Of a stretch of 64,000 nt of DNA, positions 20,201 through 31,418 are shown one piece after another. Made by a program: the position numbers and the translations under genes. The stretch covers positions 1 through 64,000 of the forward strand of contig CBDCJV010000002.1 of the NCBI GenBank assembly GCA_965217895.1, in the 5' to 3' direction. The stretch comes from Waterburya sp. (GTDB taxonomy: Bacteria; Cyanobacteriota; Cyanobacteriia; Cyanobacteriales; Xenococcaceae). The notes under the pieces are model-generated. The model did no database searches. It was not told the DNA's origin and saw only the letters and a program-made list of their open reading frames with translations. How positions within the stretch are numbered: position 1 is the first letter of the stretch; each line of letters starts with the position of its first letter.

Positions 20201-21218
20201 ACGCCGTCAAACAACAATGTTTAATCTTAGCTTATCTAAAGTTATTCTCATTGCTCATCTGCACTGGGCAATGAGCAGCATCTTAAAAATCCTAGCTGCG
20301 GGTATTGCCATAGAAAGTGCTGCACCTAATTTGACTTTTATTAGTATTGCCACTAGCTTTTGTCTTGGTGCTTATGCCCTTATTCAGGGTAGACGCGATC
20401 GTGAAACGTCAGCAAATACGACAAACGACTGGTGGGTATATGTAGGGTTGGTAGAAATAGCCGCTACTTTAGTTTACAGTCGTCTAATTATTAGTCGCTT
20501 GAGCTTATTCGATCCTTGGCGAGTTATATTTACCTGCGCCGTTGCCCTCTTGATTTATCAAATACCCTGGCAAAACTTGGGCTGGCGCAAGACACCTTGG
20601 CAACGCATTGCTTTGATTATTCCTGCACTAATGACTCTGATTACAGCAGAGGATGTTTCCTATCTCAGCTTAGGAATTGTGGCAGCTTTTTATCTACGCA
20701 TCGCCTACCATCAAAAGAACTTGCGCTGGAGCTACATCAGTTTAGGGTTTATTAACTGTGGCATTATTAGACTGATTTGGCAATACAACGCGGAATTGAT
20801 TTGGATTGCAGGAATTATTAGTCTGTCTATTCTTTACGTTGCTCAGTTCGATCCTTATTTTAAGTCTCATCGCCGACAACGCCATTATTTACGTATAGGA
20901 GGCAGTAGCATTGTTTGTGCAACTGCCTTATTTTACCCAGATTGGGGTCTTATTCCTGGGATAATCAGCTTTATTTTAGTTTTTGTGGGTTTAGGTTTTA
21001 AAATTAGAGCCTTTTTATTTGTAGGTACAGTTACTTTAATAATGACGACTATTTATCAGTTGATTATTTTGGTTTTAACTTATTCTTTTTTAAAGTGGAT
21101 TGTGGGCTTAGTAGCAGGAATCTGCTCAATTATAATCGCTGCTGGATTTGAGCAAAAACGCGATCGCCTAAACAATCAATTAAAAAGCTATGAGGATAAA
21201 TTAAAAACTTGGCAATAA
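17280..21218 (+). CDS. Large polytopic membrane protein (DUF2157-like)
   Basis: 1312 aa, many hydrophobic helices. Confidence 0.75.
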   Translation: MSHNDDYIDAVNPQANSWLSLEIYVQANQPNLLQGLDQWLQLDLISEAQVKKICRHHLSCPLPEIEVASNLAATQSDSLVAAKTLVKAAPQPNMVTQVWLRFLDELSIRWLLFLGIFLVVISSSVLAASQWNNFPKFGQYLILLAYTLCFWGFSFWSSKQDDLKLTSQTLSAIATLLIPINFWAINHFGLGSNIWEWITIAIAFVTLTATIYFKFQLRKTDTNKFFAPFFLILSYLHLGWKLPILPLIAVYSGIIAISLIHYKFFLPRPKYPRNNLLFLFAAWSLLLARGLIDSTYTNYNLAIALFAWLLGTIYLTQDRTKLEIINTTAIFLSRIWQFISLLILSLAWIMSIVSGVAWSNSLYWQTVCISVLAIHLFSQRLTLYWRKRDLTAIFLIGLQTLYVSKELIPSSLRSQALDLSVAVSKTEYFPESVFGITLFPYVILFVFIASWLYRQQKLQLALYAEWLTLILGIALTCLSLSNPTWRSLNLLLSTATLGYVAYIRQPLRNTLVYLTHLLGLVTVINAIAVSFPNLSKSAWGGILVLLMVGEWGIYLNQIKQPRIITFTSRSRLRQSFWYFGLLLAAVSYTCFLSQVEGLATPVTFRWGLVWLIIPGMLTLITKYTRNIQQRRLATSLSCIALILAQLLVFGQGETRFIALVIAIGLMYINAFNLRRTTVTAIHLGFGLSLAASLLSSFINNWHWLPIGALTILGLYQFRLYLKKAIAIPKFDYISQRTAHGILGVGIEAKNYKLMGKYIQAADYWAIALIAVELAIVSIIYLNLQNFGQYSQYLLTNILLVVAIFWRYRQQPNNLVLYTLVWLGELLAIGVAVLLGGNGLVWAIANVILGLLCLIIIAWLAQTDSPWARLNLAYVPLVYAALGIIWRLTHFDSYTGLLTLGAALTLVNTRQNNNQINKLINYLGLAGISVGIYELVIYRLLQASARSTADGLTILALVAAAIAFTYRLSAWWYRQRRQTTMFNLSLSKVILIAHLHWAMSSILKILAAGIAIESAAPNLTFISIATSFCLGAYALIQGRRDRETSANTTNDWWVYVGLVEIAATLVYSRLIISRLSLFDPWRVIFTCAVALLIYQIPWQNLGWRKTPWQRIALIIPALMTLITAEDVSYLSLGIVAAFYLRIAYHQKNLRWSYISLGFINCGIIRLIWQYNAELIWIAGIISLSILYVAQFDPYFKSHRRQRHYLRIGGSSIVCATALFYPDWGLIPGIISFILVFVGLGFKIRAFLFVGTVTLIMTTIYQLIILVLTYSFLKWIVGLVAGICSIIIAAGFEQKRDRLNNQLKSYEDKLKTWQ

Positions 21219-21355
21219 TCAATATTTGTCCTTACCACAATTATTAGCTGGCAGAAGTGATCCGTGTCTACTAATTTCTGTGATTTGACTCAATAGGAAC
21301 TTACAGAATGCAGATTAACTTGGAATTGCAAAAACAATTTTGAGCAGAAATCACT

Positions 21356-22633
21356 ATGGCTACTTATAGCAATAATATTATATTTGGAAGTTCTGGTAAC
21401 GATATCTTATGGATTGGTTATGGAGATGACCTTATCTATGGTTATGCAGGAAACGATAAATTGGCTGGTTCTCGAGGCAATGATACCCTACTTGGAGGTG
21501 AAGGCAACGATAGTATCTATGGCGATGAAGGCAACGATAGTCTTGATGGAGGCGAGGGAAATGACTCTATCTGGGGTGGCGTAGGAGATGATTTCTCAGA
21601 TGGTGGTAACGGTAATGATTGGTTGGCTGGTTATCTGGGCAACGATACCCTCAAGGGAGGTGAAGGCAACGATAGCATCTATGGCGACGAAGGCAACGAT
21701 AGTCTTGATGGAGGCGGGGGCAACGACTCTATCTGGGGTGGCGTAGGAGATGATTTCTCAGATGGTGGTAACGGTAATGACAGTTTGACTGGTTATCTAG
21801 GCAACGATACCCTCAAGGGAGGTGAAGGCAACGATAGTATTTCTGGCGATGAAGGCAACGATAGTCTGGTTGGAGGCGGGGGCAACGACTCTATCTGGGA
21901 TGGTATTGGAGATGATGTCTTGGATGGTGGTGACGGTAATGATACGTTAGATGCCTACATAGGAAACGATACACTAATTGGTGGTAATGGCGACGACTTA
22001 CTAATGGGTGGTGAAGATGTCGCTTGGGAAGCTGGCGATTGGGGTCCAGATAGAGATGTGTTGGATGGTGGAGCTGGCAATGACAGCTTATATGGTGGAG
22101 CCGATGATGACCTGCTTTATGGTGGCTCTGGTAACGATATATTAGAGGGAACTTCAGGAAATGATACGCTATTTGGCGATACAGGTATGGACAGTCTTTA
22201 CGGTAGTGTAGGAGACGATGTTCTGTTTGGAGGCGCTGATAACGATCAGTTGTGGGGTAGCGAAGGCAACGATAGAATGTCAGGAGATGACGGTAATGAC
22301 AAGCTGCTTGGTGCAGACGGTAACGACATCCTCATTGGTGGAAATGGTCAAGACACTTTACATGGAGGTTCAGGCTCTGATATTTTTGTATTAGAGCGTA
22401 ATAGCGGTAAAGATTTTATATTGGATTTTCAAGATGGCGTAGATCTTCTGGGTTTATCCCCAGGATTAAGCTTTACTGACTTAACTTTTGCCTCTATGGG
22501 AATGGGAAGCATTAACGGAACAGAAATACTAAAAGACGGAGAGCTTTTAGCCACCTTGTATGGTGCTAAGCCTAACTTGATCGATCAAAGTGATTTCGTC
22601 ACAGGAGGGTTTGACAAAAATTCATGGAGCTAG
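21356..22633 (+). CDS. RTX/hemolysin-type Ca-binding repeat protein
   Basis: Many GGxGND nonamers; D-x-I-x-DF C-terminal motif. Confidence 0.9.
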   Translation: MATYSNNIIFGSSGNDILWIGYGDDLIYGYAGNDKLAGSRGNDTLLGGEGNDSIYGDEGNDSLDGGEGNDSIWGGVGDDFSDGGNGNDWLAGYLGNDTLKGGEGNDSIYGDEGNDSLDGGGGNDSIWGGVGDDFSDGGNGNDSLTGYLGNDTLKGGEGNDSISGDEGNDSLVGGGGNDSIWDGIGDDVLDGGDGNDTLDAYIGNDTLIGGNGDDLLMGGEDVAWEAGDWGPDRDVLDGGAGNDSLYGGADDDLLYGGSGNDILEGTSGNDTLFGDTGMDSLYGSVGDDVLFGGADNDQLWGSEGNDRMSGDDGNDKLLGADGNDILIGGNGQDTLHGGSGSDIFVLERNSGKDFILDFQDGVDLLGLSPGLSFTDLTFASMGMGSINGTEILKDGELLATLYGAKPNLIDQSDFVTGGFDKNSWS

Positions 22634-22709
22634 TATTGATTCTCGAAAGCGGCTAAAGAGATAAAGCGTTAGTAAAACATTCTTAACCTGCTAAAGAAAC
22701 AATAATATC

Positions 22710-22827
22710 TTAGGACTTACGCACTAGCCCCCTAAATCTCCCAAGGCGAGTGGGGAACTTTTAATTCTTGTTCCCCCAGATTTGGGGGGCTAGGGGGGCA
22801 AAACTCTTTAAACTGCGTAAGTCCTAA
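22710..22827. repeat. MITE-like repeat with TTAGGACTTACGCA terminal inverted repeats
   Basis: Perfect 14-bp TIR; inverted homolog at 53624-53738. Confidence 0.85.
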
Positions 22828-22983
22828 TATCTGTAGATAAAAAATCTAAAATTTCCCATACTCTTTTAATTGGACTTACTAGATGCGGACAAGTCTTTTC
22901 TGGGCAAGGACTTGCCCGCACGTACGCGCATCAAGCAACTCCTCCCAATAATAGGCTTCATTAATCCATATACAATAGTAATT

Positions 22984-23502
22984 ATGTATAACTTGCAGTT
23001 GATGAGCCAATACAATCAGTGGATGAATCAAAAGATCTATCAGGCTGCTCAACAACTAGGGAATGAGTCAAGTCAGCAAGATCAAAGAGCATTTTTTGGC
23101 TCAATTTTTGGCACGCTCAATCATATCTGGGTGGCAGATATTATTTGGCTGAGAAGATTTTCTCAACATCCTCGACAATATCCCAGTTTAGGCAGTTTAC
23201 CAAAATTATCTAGCTATACAGCGTTAGATCAGTTGGTAGCTAATGATATTGAGACGCTAAACAAATTAAGACAAGAATTGGATCGGATTATTATTCAATG
23301 GTGTGCGGAAATTGCACCAGCAGATTTGGAACATAGTCTCGAATACTTTGATACTAAAGGAAATCTATATAATAAAAACTTTGGTCTGTTGATCCAGCAT
23401 TTTTTCAACCATCAAACTCATCATAGAGGACAGGTTTCTACTTTGATCGTTCAGCAGGGAGTTGATGTGGGAGTTACGGATTTACTGAAGCTTATTCCCT
23501 GA
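22984..23502 (+). CDS. DinB family protein
   Basis: YNQWMN, GTLNH, HFFNHQTHHRGQ. Confidence 0.9.
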   Translation: MYNLQLMSQYNQWMNQKIYQAAQQLGNESSQQDQRAFFGSIFGTLNHIWVADIIWLRRFSQHPRQYPSLGSLPKLSSYTALDQLVANDIETLNKLRQELDRIIIQWCAEIAPADLEHSLEYFDTKGNLYNKNFGLLIQHFFNHQTHHRGQVSTLIVQQGVDVGVTDLLKLIP

Positions 23503-23751
23503 CAGCATTAGGTTTCTGGCTATTGAACTAACCATTGATAACCTGCTAATTTTTAAGCCAATTACCAAAAGGTTAAGAACTTTGGTAGCTGTTGATAACC
23601 TCTGAGTTGCTGTTGCCCTGTAAAATTAACTTGATATTTCCCTAATATTTGCTGCATTTTGGTAAAGCAGCAGACTATGCCTTACTCAATCGCGGTAATA
23701 CAGTTAGGAAGATGCAGTTTAAATCAATCCTTATCAAAGCCCTACTTCTGA

Positions 23752-25392
<1,641 letters not shown>

Positions 25393-25398
25393 AGATAA

Positions 25399-25561
25399 GT
25401 AGGGGCGAACGGCTCTTCGGGTTCAACACTTCTTACAAAAGTTGCTCATGGGGGAAACCTCCACTCTCGCAAAGAACGCACTTTTGCGCTTTTCTCAAGT
25501 CGAGAAAGGCTTTAGCCACATCTGACCCGCCCAACGAAAGTGTCTCACCGTTTGCCCCTAC
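25399..25561. repeat. REP-like palindrome GTAGGGGCGAACGG...CCGTTTGCCCCTAC interrupted by ~134 bp
   Basis: Terminal inverted arms; compact relative at 25957-25982. Confidence 0.7.
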
Positions 25562-25944
25562 TTCATTTCTACAAGCTCAGCCAAATCTTCTATCTGTTTA
25601 ATCTCGCTATTGCCAGCTAGATAACCAATACCACGATGAAGATGTAAAACAAACTGCTGCTTCAAAGTATCGGCATCTGTTTTCAAGCCATCTTGATGAC
25701 ATCTTTGTTTCAAGGCAATTAAAAGAATATCTGCTATTTCTCCGCCAAAAACATTCCAGGCTATTTCTACCTTACTGTCAGTTTTAATTGGCACAGGAGA
25801 AGGAACGCTCGGTTCAGCCAAAGAACGGCAAAAAGCCCAACGACAAAGGATATTCCATTGTTTTATTTTAGTATTGCGCTTAAGTTTAATTAGCTGATCT
25901 TCGGCACTAGTAGAAATGCGAACTCTCTCGATAGGATTATCCAT
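25558..25944 (-). CDS. dndE: DNA phosphorothioation protein DndE
   Basis: LIKLKR.T.I..WNILCRWAFCRSLAE, HLHRGIGYL. Confidence 0.88.
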   Translation of the reverse strand: MDNPIERVRISTSAEDQLIKLKRNTKIKQWNILCRWAFCRSLAEPSVPSPVPIKTDSKVEIAWNVFGGEIADILLIALKQRCHQDGLKTDADTLKQQFVLHLHRGIGYLAGNSEIKQIEDLAELVEMK

Positions 25945-25987
25945 TTTTGATTAATGTACGGGCAAACGGCCGTTTGCCCCTAACTGA

Positions 25988-27109
25988 TTATTTGTTTTGA
26001 TACAGGCTGCGAGGATCTAAAGCATCCCGTAAACCGTCTCCCAATAAATTAAAGGCTAAAACGGTCAAGATAATTAATAGCGCAGGAGGAATAATCAACC
26101 AGGGTTGCAATACCAAAATAGAAGCATTAGTAGCAGAAGACAATAGATTACCCCAGCTAGGATCTTTTGATTGAATACCTAAACCAATCAAGCTGAGAGT
26201 TGCTTCGGCAATGATAAAACCAGGTACAGCTAAGGTTGCAGAGATAATAATGTAGGTGGCTGTCTGGGGTAGAATATGACGCACAATAATATAAATAGGA
26301 TTAGCACCCATAGCATTTGCTGCTTGCACAAACTCTTGTTCTTTTATGGATAAAACTTGCCCTCTAATTACCCGCGCTAAACCAGACCAACTGATAAAAG
26401 AAGTAATCAGGACAATAAGTAAAAAAGTTTGCGCGCTGCTTAAACCAGGAGGCAAGACAGATGCTAAGGCAATTAACAGGTAAATTCCTGGAATAGTCAT
26501 TAAAACTTCTACCACTCGCATAGCAACTGCATCAATCCAGCCTCCGAAATAGCCTGAGATTCCACCGATTAGCATTCCTAAAGGATAAGAAATAGCAATC
26601 CCTGCAAGTCCAATAAATAAGCTAATTCTGCCCCCAAACAAAAGACGACTAAATAAATCTCTCCCCTGTTCGTCAGTGCCGAGTAGATTAATTCGAGCTT
26701 TATTAAATGTACCAAAAAGATGTCGATTCAGAGGAATGCCAGGAAATATAGTGACTGGCTCAAATTTGGGGGGTAGTGGTAAAGAAATTTCTAAGAAATT
26801 ATAGGAATTACCTTTGACCAAAAAACCTATAGGGGAAGGCTTTTTTTTGTTGATGATTAATAAGCGATCGCCTGTGTTAATATCAGTTATCCCTTGAGTT
26901 GTCGGATAAACAAAAGGAGCAGTCAGTTTTCCTGCCTGGTTGCGCCAATGTATTGCCGTAGGCGGCAAAAGTGAACCTTCAACCTGAGAATCATAAGGCG
27001 AGTAAGGTGCAATAAAATCAGCAAAGATAGCCGAAAGATAAAAGATAATTAAAATAGTTGCTCCCAAACGTGCCAAGGTATTTTTCTGAAGCTTTTGCCA
27101 CCAGTTCAT
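25988..27109 (-). CDS. Peptide ABC transporter permease (OppC/DppC-like)
   Basis: LLGTDEQGRD, EFVQAANAMGA, HILP. Confidence 0.92.
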   Translation of the reverse strand: MNWWQKLQKNTLARLGATILIIFYLSAIFADFIAPYSPYDSQVEGSLLPPTAIHWRNQAGKLTAPFVYPTTQGITDINTGDRLLIINKKKPSPIGFLVKGNSYNFLEISLPLPPKFEPVTIFPGIPLNRHLFGTFNKARINLLGTDEQGRDLFSRLLFGGRISLFIGLAGIAISYPLGMLIGGISGYFGGWIDAVAMRVVEVLMTIPGIYLLIALASVLPPGLSSAQTFLLIVLITSFISWSGLARVIRGQVLSIKEQEFVQAANAMGANPIYIIVRHILPQTATYIIISATLAVPGFIIAEATLSLIGLGIQSKDPSWGNLLSSATNASILVLQPWLIIPPALLIILTVLAFNLLGDGLRDALDPRSLYQNK

Positions 27110-27251
27110 AAGCAATACAAGTTAGTTTGTAGTTCGTCGTTTGTAGTTTGTAGTCAAAGAAATTTACCGACTAAAAGCTAAATGATAAATAAAATGAACC
27201 ATCTATCTATAAATATTTGTAAAAATTGTTTTTGTCCTCATCCTTTATCCC

Positions 27252-27926
27252 TTATTCCTCATCGCTTATTTCCACTGGACTCACTTTTGCTTTGTATAAT
27301 AATTTATCTTCTTGTTTATAGCCCACGTAACGAACTTTTACTAATTCTCCTGGTTCTGCCGTTCCTTTTAATAACTGGTGATATTGAGGATCGTAAGATA
27401 ACTCTTCTCCTACACTAGCAATAGTTTCTACATCCCACTGCTTTAATAATTGTTCTAGAGGTTTCACCAAAGTGAGCAATCTCTCTGCTGGTAGCTGGGG
27501 GTTTCTATGAACAGCAGCTACAGCCGTCGGCCACTGTAGTAACCAAGATTCTATCGTTTCTAAGCTAGCTTTTTGAAATTCTGCTGCTAAAAATTCTTGT
27601 TGCTGAAGCATTTCCTGCTGAAGTTTTTGATACTCTTGTTGACAAGCTGTTAAGGCATCACGATTTTCAGTTTTTTGTGGCTTGATGTTTTCAGTCGATT
27701 GCTCGGCAAAAGTTTCTACTAGACTGTCTATAGATACATTTAGTGCTTTGGCAATATGCGCGATCGCACCTACAGATAGATTACGAATTAGTCCTCTCTG
27801 AATTCTAATCAACTGTAATCGAGCAACATTTGCCTCTTTACTTAGCTCTTCGAGATCTGATATATTTACCTGCTGCATCAAATCCTGTAGCAGTTGCTTA
27901 TTGGTTTCGTATGAATATTGATTCAT
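27252..27926 (-). CDS. XRE-type HTH plus GrpE-like domain protein
   Basis: N-terminal HTH; YDPQYH...VRYVGY...KAKV. Confidence 0.75.
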   Translation of the reverse strand: MNQYSYETNKQLLQDLMQQVNISDLEELSKEANVARLQLIRIQRGLIRNLSVGAIAHIAKALNVSIDSLVETFAEQSTENIKPQKTENRDALTACQQEYQKLQQEMLQQQEFLAAEFQKASLETIESWLLQWPTAVAAVHRNPQLPAERLLTLVKPLEQLLKQWDVETIASVGEELSYDPQYHQLLKGTAEPGELVKVRYVGYKQEDKLLYKAKVSPVEISDEE

Positions 27927-28228
27927 TCTGTAATTTTAGTGAATAAAATAGTTAATTTAGTTTATTTTTCTAGTTTATCAAGCCTTTTTTTCAAATCTCA
28001 TCAACTTAACAGTTAAATTCCCTTGTCCAAAACGAGCCAAACCACCCTCAATTTATCTCCTTTTCCTTCTTGACATCAGCCATTTAAGCTTAACTTGTCA
28101 CCAATGGGTAATAAACGATAGGTGGTAGGTAAATTTGGATTTATACTTCATAAGGAATGAGAATCGCTATATAATTTTTAGAATATTCGTATATTCCTAG
28201 CATTTAGCAAAACTAATTAAATTGCAGA

Positions 28229-28507
28229 GTGAATAATTTACCAAGTGAAGTCTATCTAAATCATCCTACTTTCGGGCTTCTTTACAGAATATGTCTTCTT
28301 AAGGATAATCAAGAATTATTTACCACCCTCTACGCTCAACGCTTATTTTTTAAAGTGACGTTCAACAGTGATTCTTCATCATTCGATCCTATTAGTAGGA
28401 CAGACGCTCGAATGTTGGTAGAAAGTATGCTGCGACGACTATTATTAGATCGCGAAACGGAAAAACATCAGCAACTTAAAGCGATTTACGAACGCACTTT
28501 CTTTTAA
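28229..28507 (+). CDS. pipX: PII-interacting protein X
   Basis: YLNHPTFGLL, LFTTLYAQRLFF. Confidence 0.93.
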   Translation: MNNLPSEVYLNHPTFGLLYRICLLKDNQELFTTLYAQRLFFKVTFNSDSSSFDPISRTDARMLVESMLRRLLLDRETEKHQQLKAIYERTFF

Positions 28508-28531
28508 TTGCCAATTCTTGGCTTTACTTAA

Positions 28532-28811
28532 TAGATTTCTTGCACAAATAACTATTGACTACTTTGCCAAGAGGTAATAGGTAAGCGGAAATGCTCTGAG
28601 CCAAAGAGCATATTCTGAGGGCGTAATCCTGAGGGCGAGATTCGGCAATGCGGGCGGTCAACAATGTGAGGTTTCCTCACATTTACGCCCTTAGAATTTA
28701 GTTCGCCTTGAATAATCGCCCTCGTGGGGTTTTCCCAGGATGTTGACCGCCCGAATCCACGCTCGCCCGAAGGGTAATAAAGCTTCATATTTTATTTATG
28801 CAAGAGGTTTA
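28532..28811. mobile_element. Non-autonomous MITE-like element with internal long hairpins
   Basis: Imperfect TIR TAGATTTCTTGCACAAATA / TATTTATGCAAGAGGTTTA. Confidence 0.65.
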
Positions 28812-29483
28812 ATGACAAGATCTATTTCAGCAAAAATTAATTTAATTAAACAGGAAATTCCTCAAGACGTTAAGCTGATTGCCATCACGAAACAGGTAAG
28901 CATTGAGGCAATAAAAGAGGCTTATGAGACAGGAGTTAGGGATTTTGGAGAAAATCGTCTCCAAGAGGCACTAACTAAACAGCAACAGTTAAAAGATCTA
29001 AACGATGTTAATTGGCACTTTATTGGACATATTCAAAAAAATAAAGCCAAGAAAGTTATTGAAAATTTTGCCTGGATTCATTCAGTGGATAGTTTGGCTT
29101 TGGCACAGCGATTAAATAGATTAGCCGAAGAATTGAATTGTGTGCCTAAAGTTTTTCTGCAAGTTAAAGTTTTAGCAGATCCTAATAAGTATGGCTGGCA
29201 GGTTACAGAACTTTGGGAAGATTTGGAGAAACTGAATCAATTTGATCGGCTTGACATACAGGGATTAATGACAATTTTGCCATTAGGACTCTCGCCCGCG
29301 CAAACACTAAATGCTTTTCAAGCAACTAAAAAATTAGCAACAGCAATTCAAGAGAAGAATTACCCTAACTTAACGATGAAGCATTTGTCTATGGGAATGT
29401 CTGAAGATTATCCTAAGGCGATCGCAGCGGGAGCAACTATGATCCGTTTGGGCAGAACCATTTTTAGCGACGCTACTAGCTGA
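28812..29483 (+). CDS. pipY: PLP-binding protein YggS/PipY
   Basis: FGENRLQE, WHFIGHIQKNK, LSMGMSEDY; pipX-sepF-proC context. Confidence 0.93.
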   Translation: MTRSISAKINLIKQEIPQDVKLIAITKQVSIEAIKEAYETGVRDFGENRLQEALTKQQQLKDLNDVNWHFIGHIQKNKAKKVIENFAWIHSVDSLALAQRLNRLAEELNCVPKVFLQVKVLADPNKYGWQVTELWEDLEKLNQFDRLDIQGLMTILPLGLSPAQTLNAFQATKKLATAIQEKNYPNLTMKHLSMGMSEDYPKAIAAGATMIRLGRTIFSDATS

Positions 29484-29957
29484 GTTTTCTAGATTTTGAT
29501 GGGATTAGACGCATTTTATAGTTTTGAGTGCGATCGCGATCGCAGTAAACGCTCGCAACATAAAAAACTGTATAAATAACATCAAAATTTCTTTTTGATT
29601 ATTAAGATTAGAGCTTAATTGCCAAAATTATCAAGAATTGTAAAGAAAAACCAAGATAAACCAATTTAAATCAATAAATAGACTTCACTACACCTAACAT
29701 TTGTGATGATGTGGAGTAGAATTGAGTCGCCAAACAAAATATTTCTGCAAATACAGCCACTTTCTCCTAAAAACCGAGAATGAAATTGCTAGTTAGCCTA
29801 AATGTTCAAAATTGAAACTATCACAAGATAACTTACAAAAATAAGATGTCCACTAAAGATGTTCAATTTTTCATTAACTATATAACTCAGCAATAATTTA
29901 GAGAAATATTTTAATCAGCCAATTTAAAGTCGTAAATCAATTAGGAATCTAAGCAAT

Positions 29958-30521
29958 ATGTTAAATACCTTAAAAGAATTTTTTGGATTTGAAGGTGAAT
30001 ACGAAGAAGAAGGTTATGAAGAATACGATCCCAACCAAGCAGTAGATGGTCAAACCTTTATCGCTTCGACACCTAATAATCAACCAGAATTAACTACAAT
30101 TGCATCTCCCAGCAACAATACAACTAACCGCAAACAAGAAATGAAGCTAAATAATGTGATCGGTATGCCTGGATTAGCTAACGGTAATTCAGAAGTAGTA
30201 GTAATTGAACCTCATTCCTTTGAAGAAATGCCTCAGGTGATTTTGGCATTACGCGAACGTAAGTCTGTGGTTTTAAACTTAAATGTGATGAACCCCGAAG
30301 AAGCTCAAAGAGCAGTTGATTTTATCGCGGGCGGTACTTATGCCATGGATGGTCATCAAGAGCGTGTAGGCGAAAGCATCTTTTTGTTCACTCCAAGCTC
30401 AGTCAAAGTCAGCAGTCTATCAGGAATTCTTAAGGATGTACACACTCCAGAGACTCATGTAAGACGTAGTGTGCCTGCACCTGATGCTTGGGGACAACAG
30501 CCTAACGCAGCTGCTCAGTAA
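29958..30521 (+). CDS. sepF: Cell division protein SepF
   Basis: [17 protein letters not shown]. Confidence 0.93.
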   Translation: MLNTLKEFFGFEGEYEEEGYEEYDPNQAVDGQTFIASTPNNQPELTTIASPSNNTTNRKQEMKLNNVIGMPGLANGNSEVVVIEPHSFEEMPQVILALRERKSVVLNLNVMNPEEAQRAVDFIAGGTYAMDGHQERVGESIFLFTPSSVKVSSLSGILKDVHTPETHVRRSVPAPDAWGQQPNAAAQ

Positions 30522-30546
30522 GCTGAATAAATAGTATTATTAGATC

Positions 30547-31353
30547 ATGAAATCTAATAGTATTGGTCTTGGTATCATTGGAGGCGGGGTAATGGCAGAA
30601 GCTATCTTATCTCGCCTTCTAAAACAACAAGTTTTCGTAGCTAATAACGTATTAATTAGCGAAATTAAAGCTGAAAGACGTGAATTTCTGGTTCAAAAAT
30701 ATCAGGTTCAGGTTACGGAAGATAATCAAACGGCGATCGCCACAGCAGAAATATTATTACTGGCGATTAAGCCCCAGGTATTCGATCTAGTAGTCAAAAA
30801 CATTACTCCTAACACCAGCAGCACTGTAGTTTCAATTTTGGCAGGAGTAACTTTAGATAAGCTAGAGCAAGCCTTTCCAGACCAGCCAGTGATTCGCGTC
30901 ATGCCCAATACACCCGCTACAGTAGGGGCAGGAATGACGGCGATCGCACCAGGAACAAAAGCAACAAAAGAGCATATTGAACAGGCAAAAAAAATATTTG
31001 CTGCCGTGGGCGAAGTAGTAGAAGTTCCAGAATCTTCTATGGATGCGGTAACGGGGCTATCAGGTTCGGGGCCAGCCTTTGTGGCACTAGTAATTGAAGC
31101 ATTAGCTGATGGTGGAGTTGCTTCAGGATTGCCCAGGGCGATCGCACTTCAGTTAGCAACCCAAACAGTATTAGGTACTGCAACCTTAGTTAAAGAGACA
31201 GGAATACATCCAGGTGTATTAAAAGATCGGGTAACAAGTCCTGGGGGAACAACTATTGCAGGGGTGGCAAAGCTGGAAAGTTTAGGATTTCGTTCAGCTT
31301 TAATCGAAGCGGTCAAAACTGCTACTGAAAGATCCAAAGAACTGGGGAAGTAG
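30547..31353 (+). CDS. proC: Pyrroline-5-carboxylate reductase
   Basis: RVMPNTP, SGSGPA, VTSPGGTT. Confidence 0.96.
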   Translation: MKSNSIGLGIIGGGVMAEAILSRLLKQQVFVANNVLISEIKAERREFLVQKYQVQVTEDNQTAIATAEILLLAIKPQVFDLVVKNITPNTSSTVVSILAGVTLDKLEQAFPDQPVIRVMPNTPATVGAGMTAIAPGTKATKEHIEQAKKIFAAVGEVVEVPESSMDAVTGLSGSGPAFVALVIEALADGGVASGLPRAIALQLATQTVLGTATLVKETGIHPGVLKDRVTSPGGTTIAGVAKLESLGFRSALIEAVKTATERSKELGK

Positions 31354-31418
31354 ATAAAGTATTATCAGGTAGTTAAATTAATTACCTGCGAAAATATTGG
31401 CAACTATTTAGATTAAAC

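Noticed and set aside
28552..28788. 78-aa ORF, extended pipY N-terminus, or IscB omega-RNA
   Set aside because: Lies within a TIR-bounded repeat; no iscB/tnpB nearby; pipY-like sequence starts at 28812
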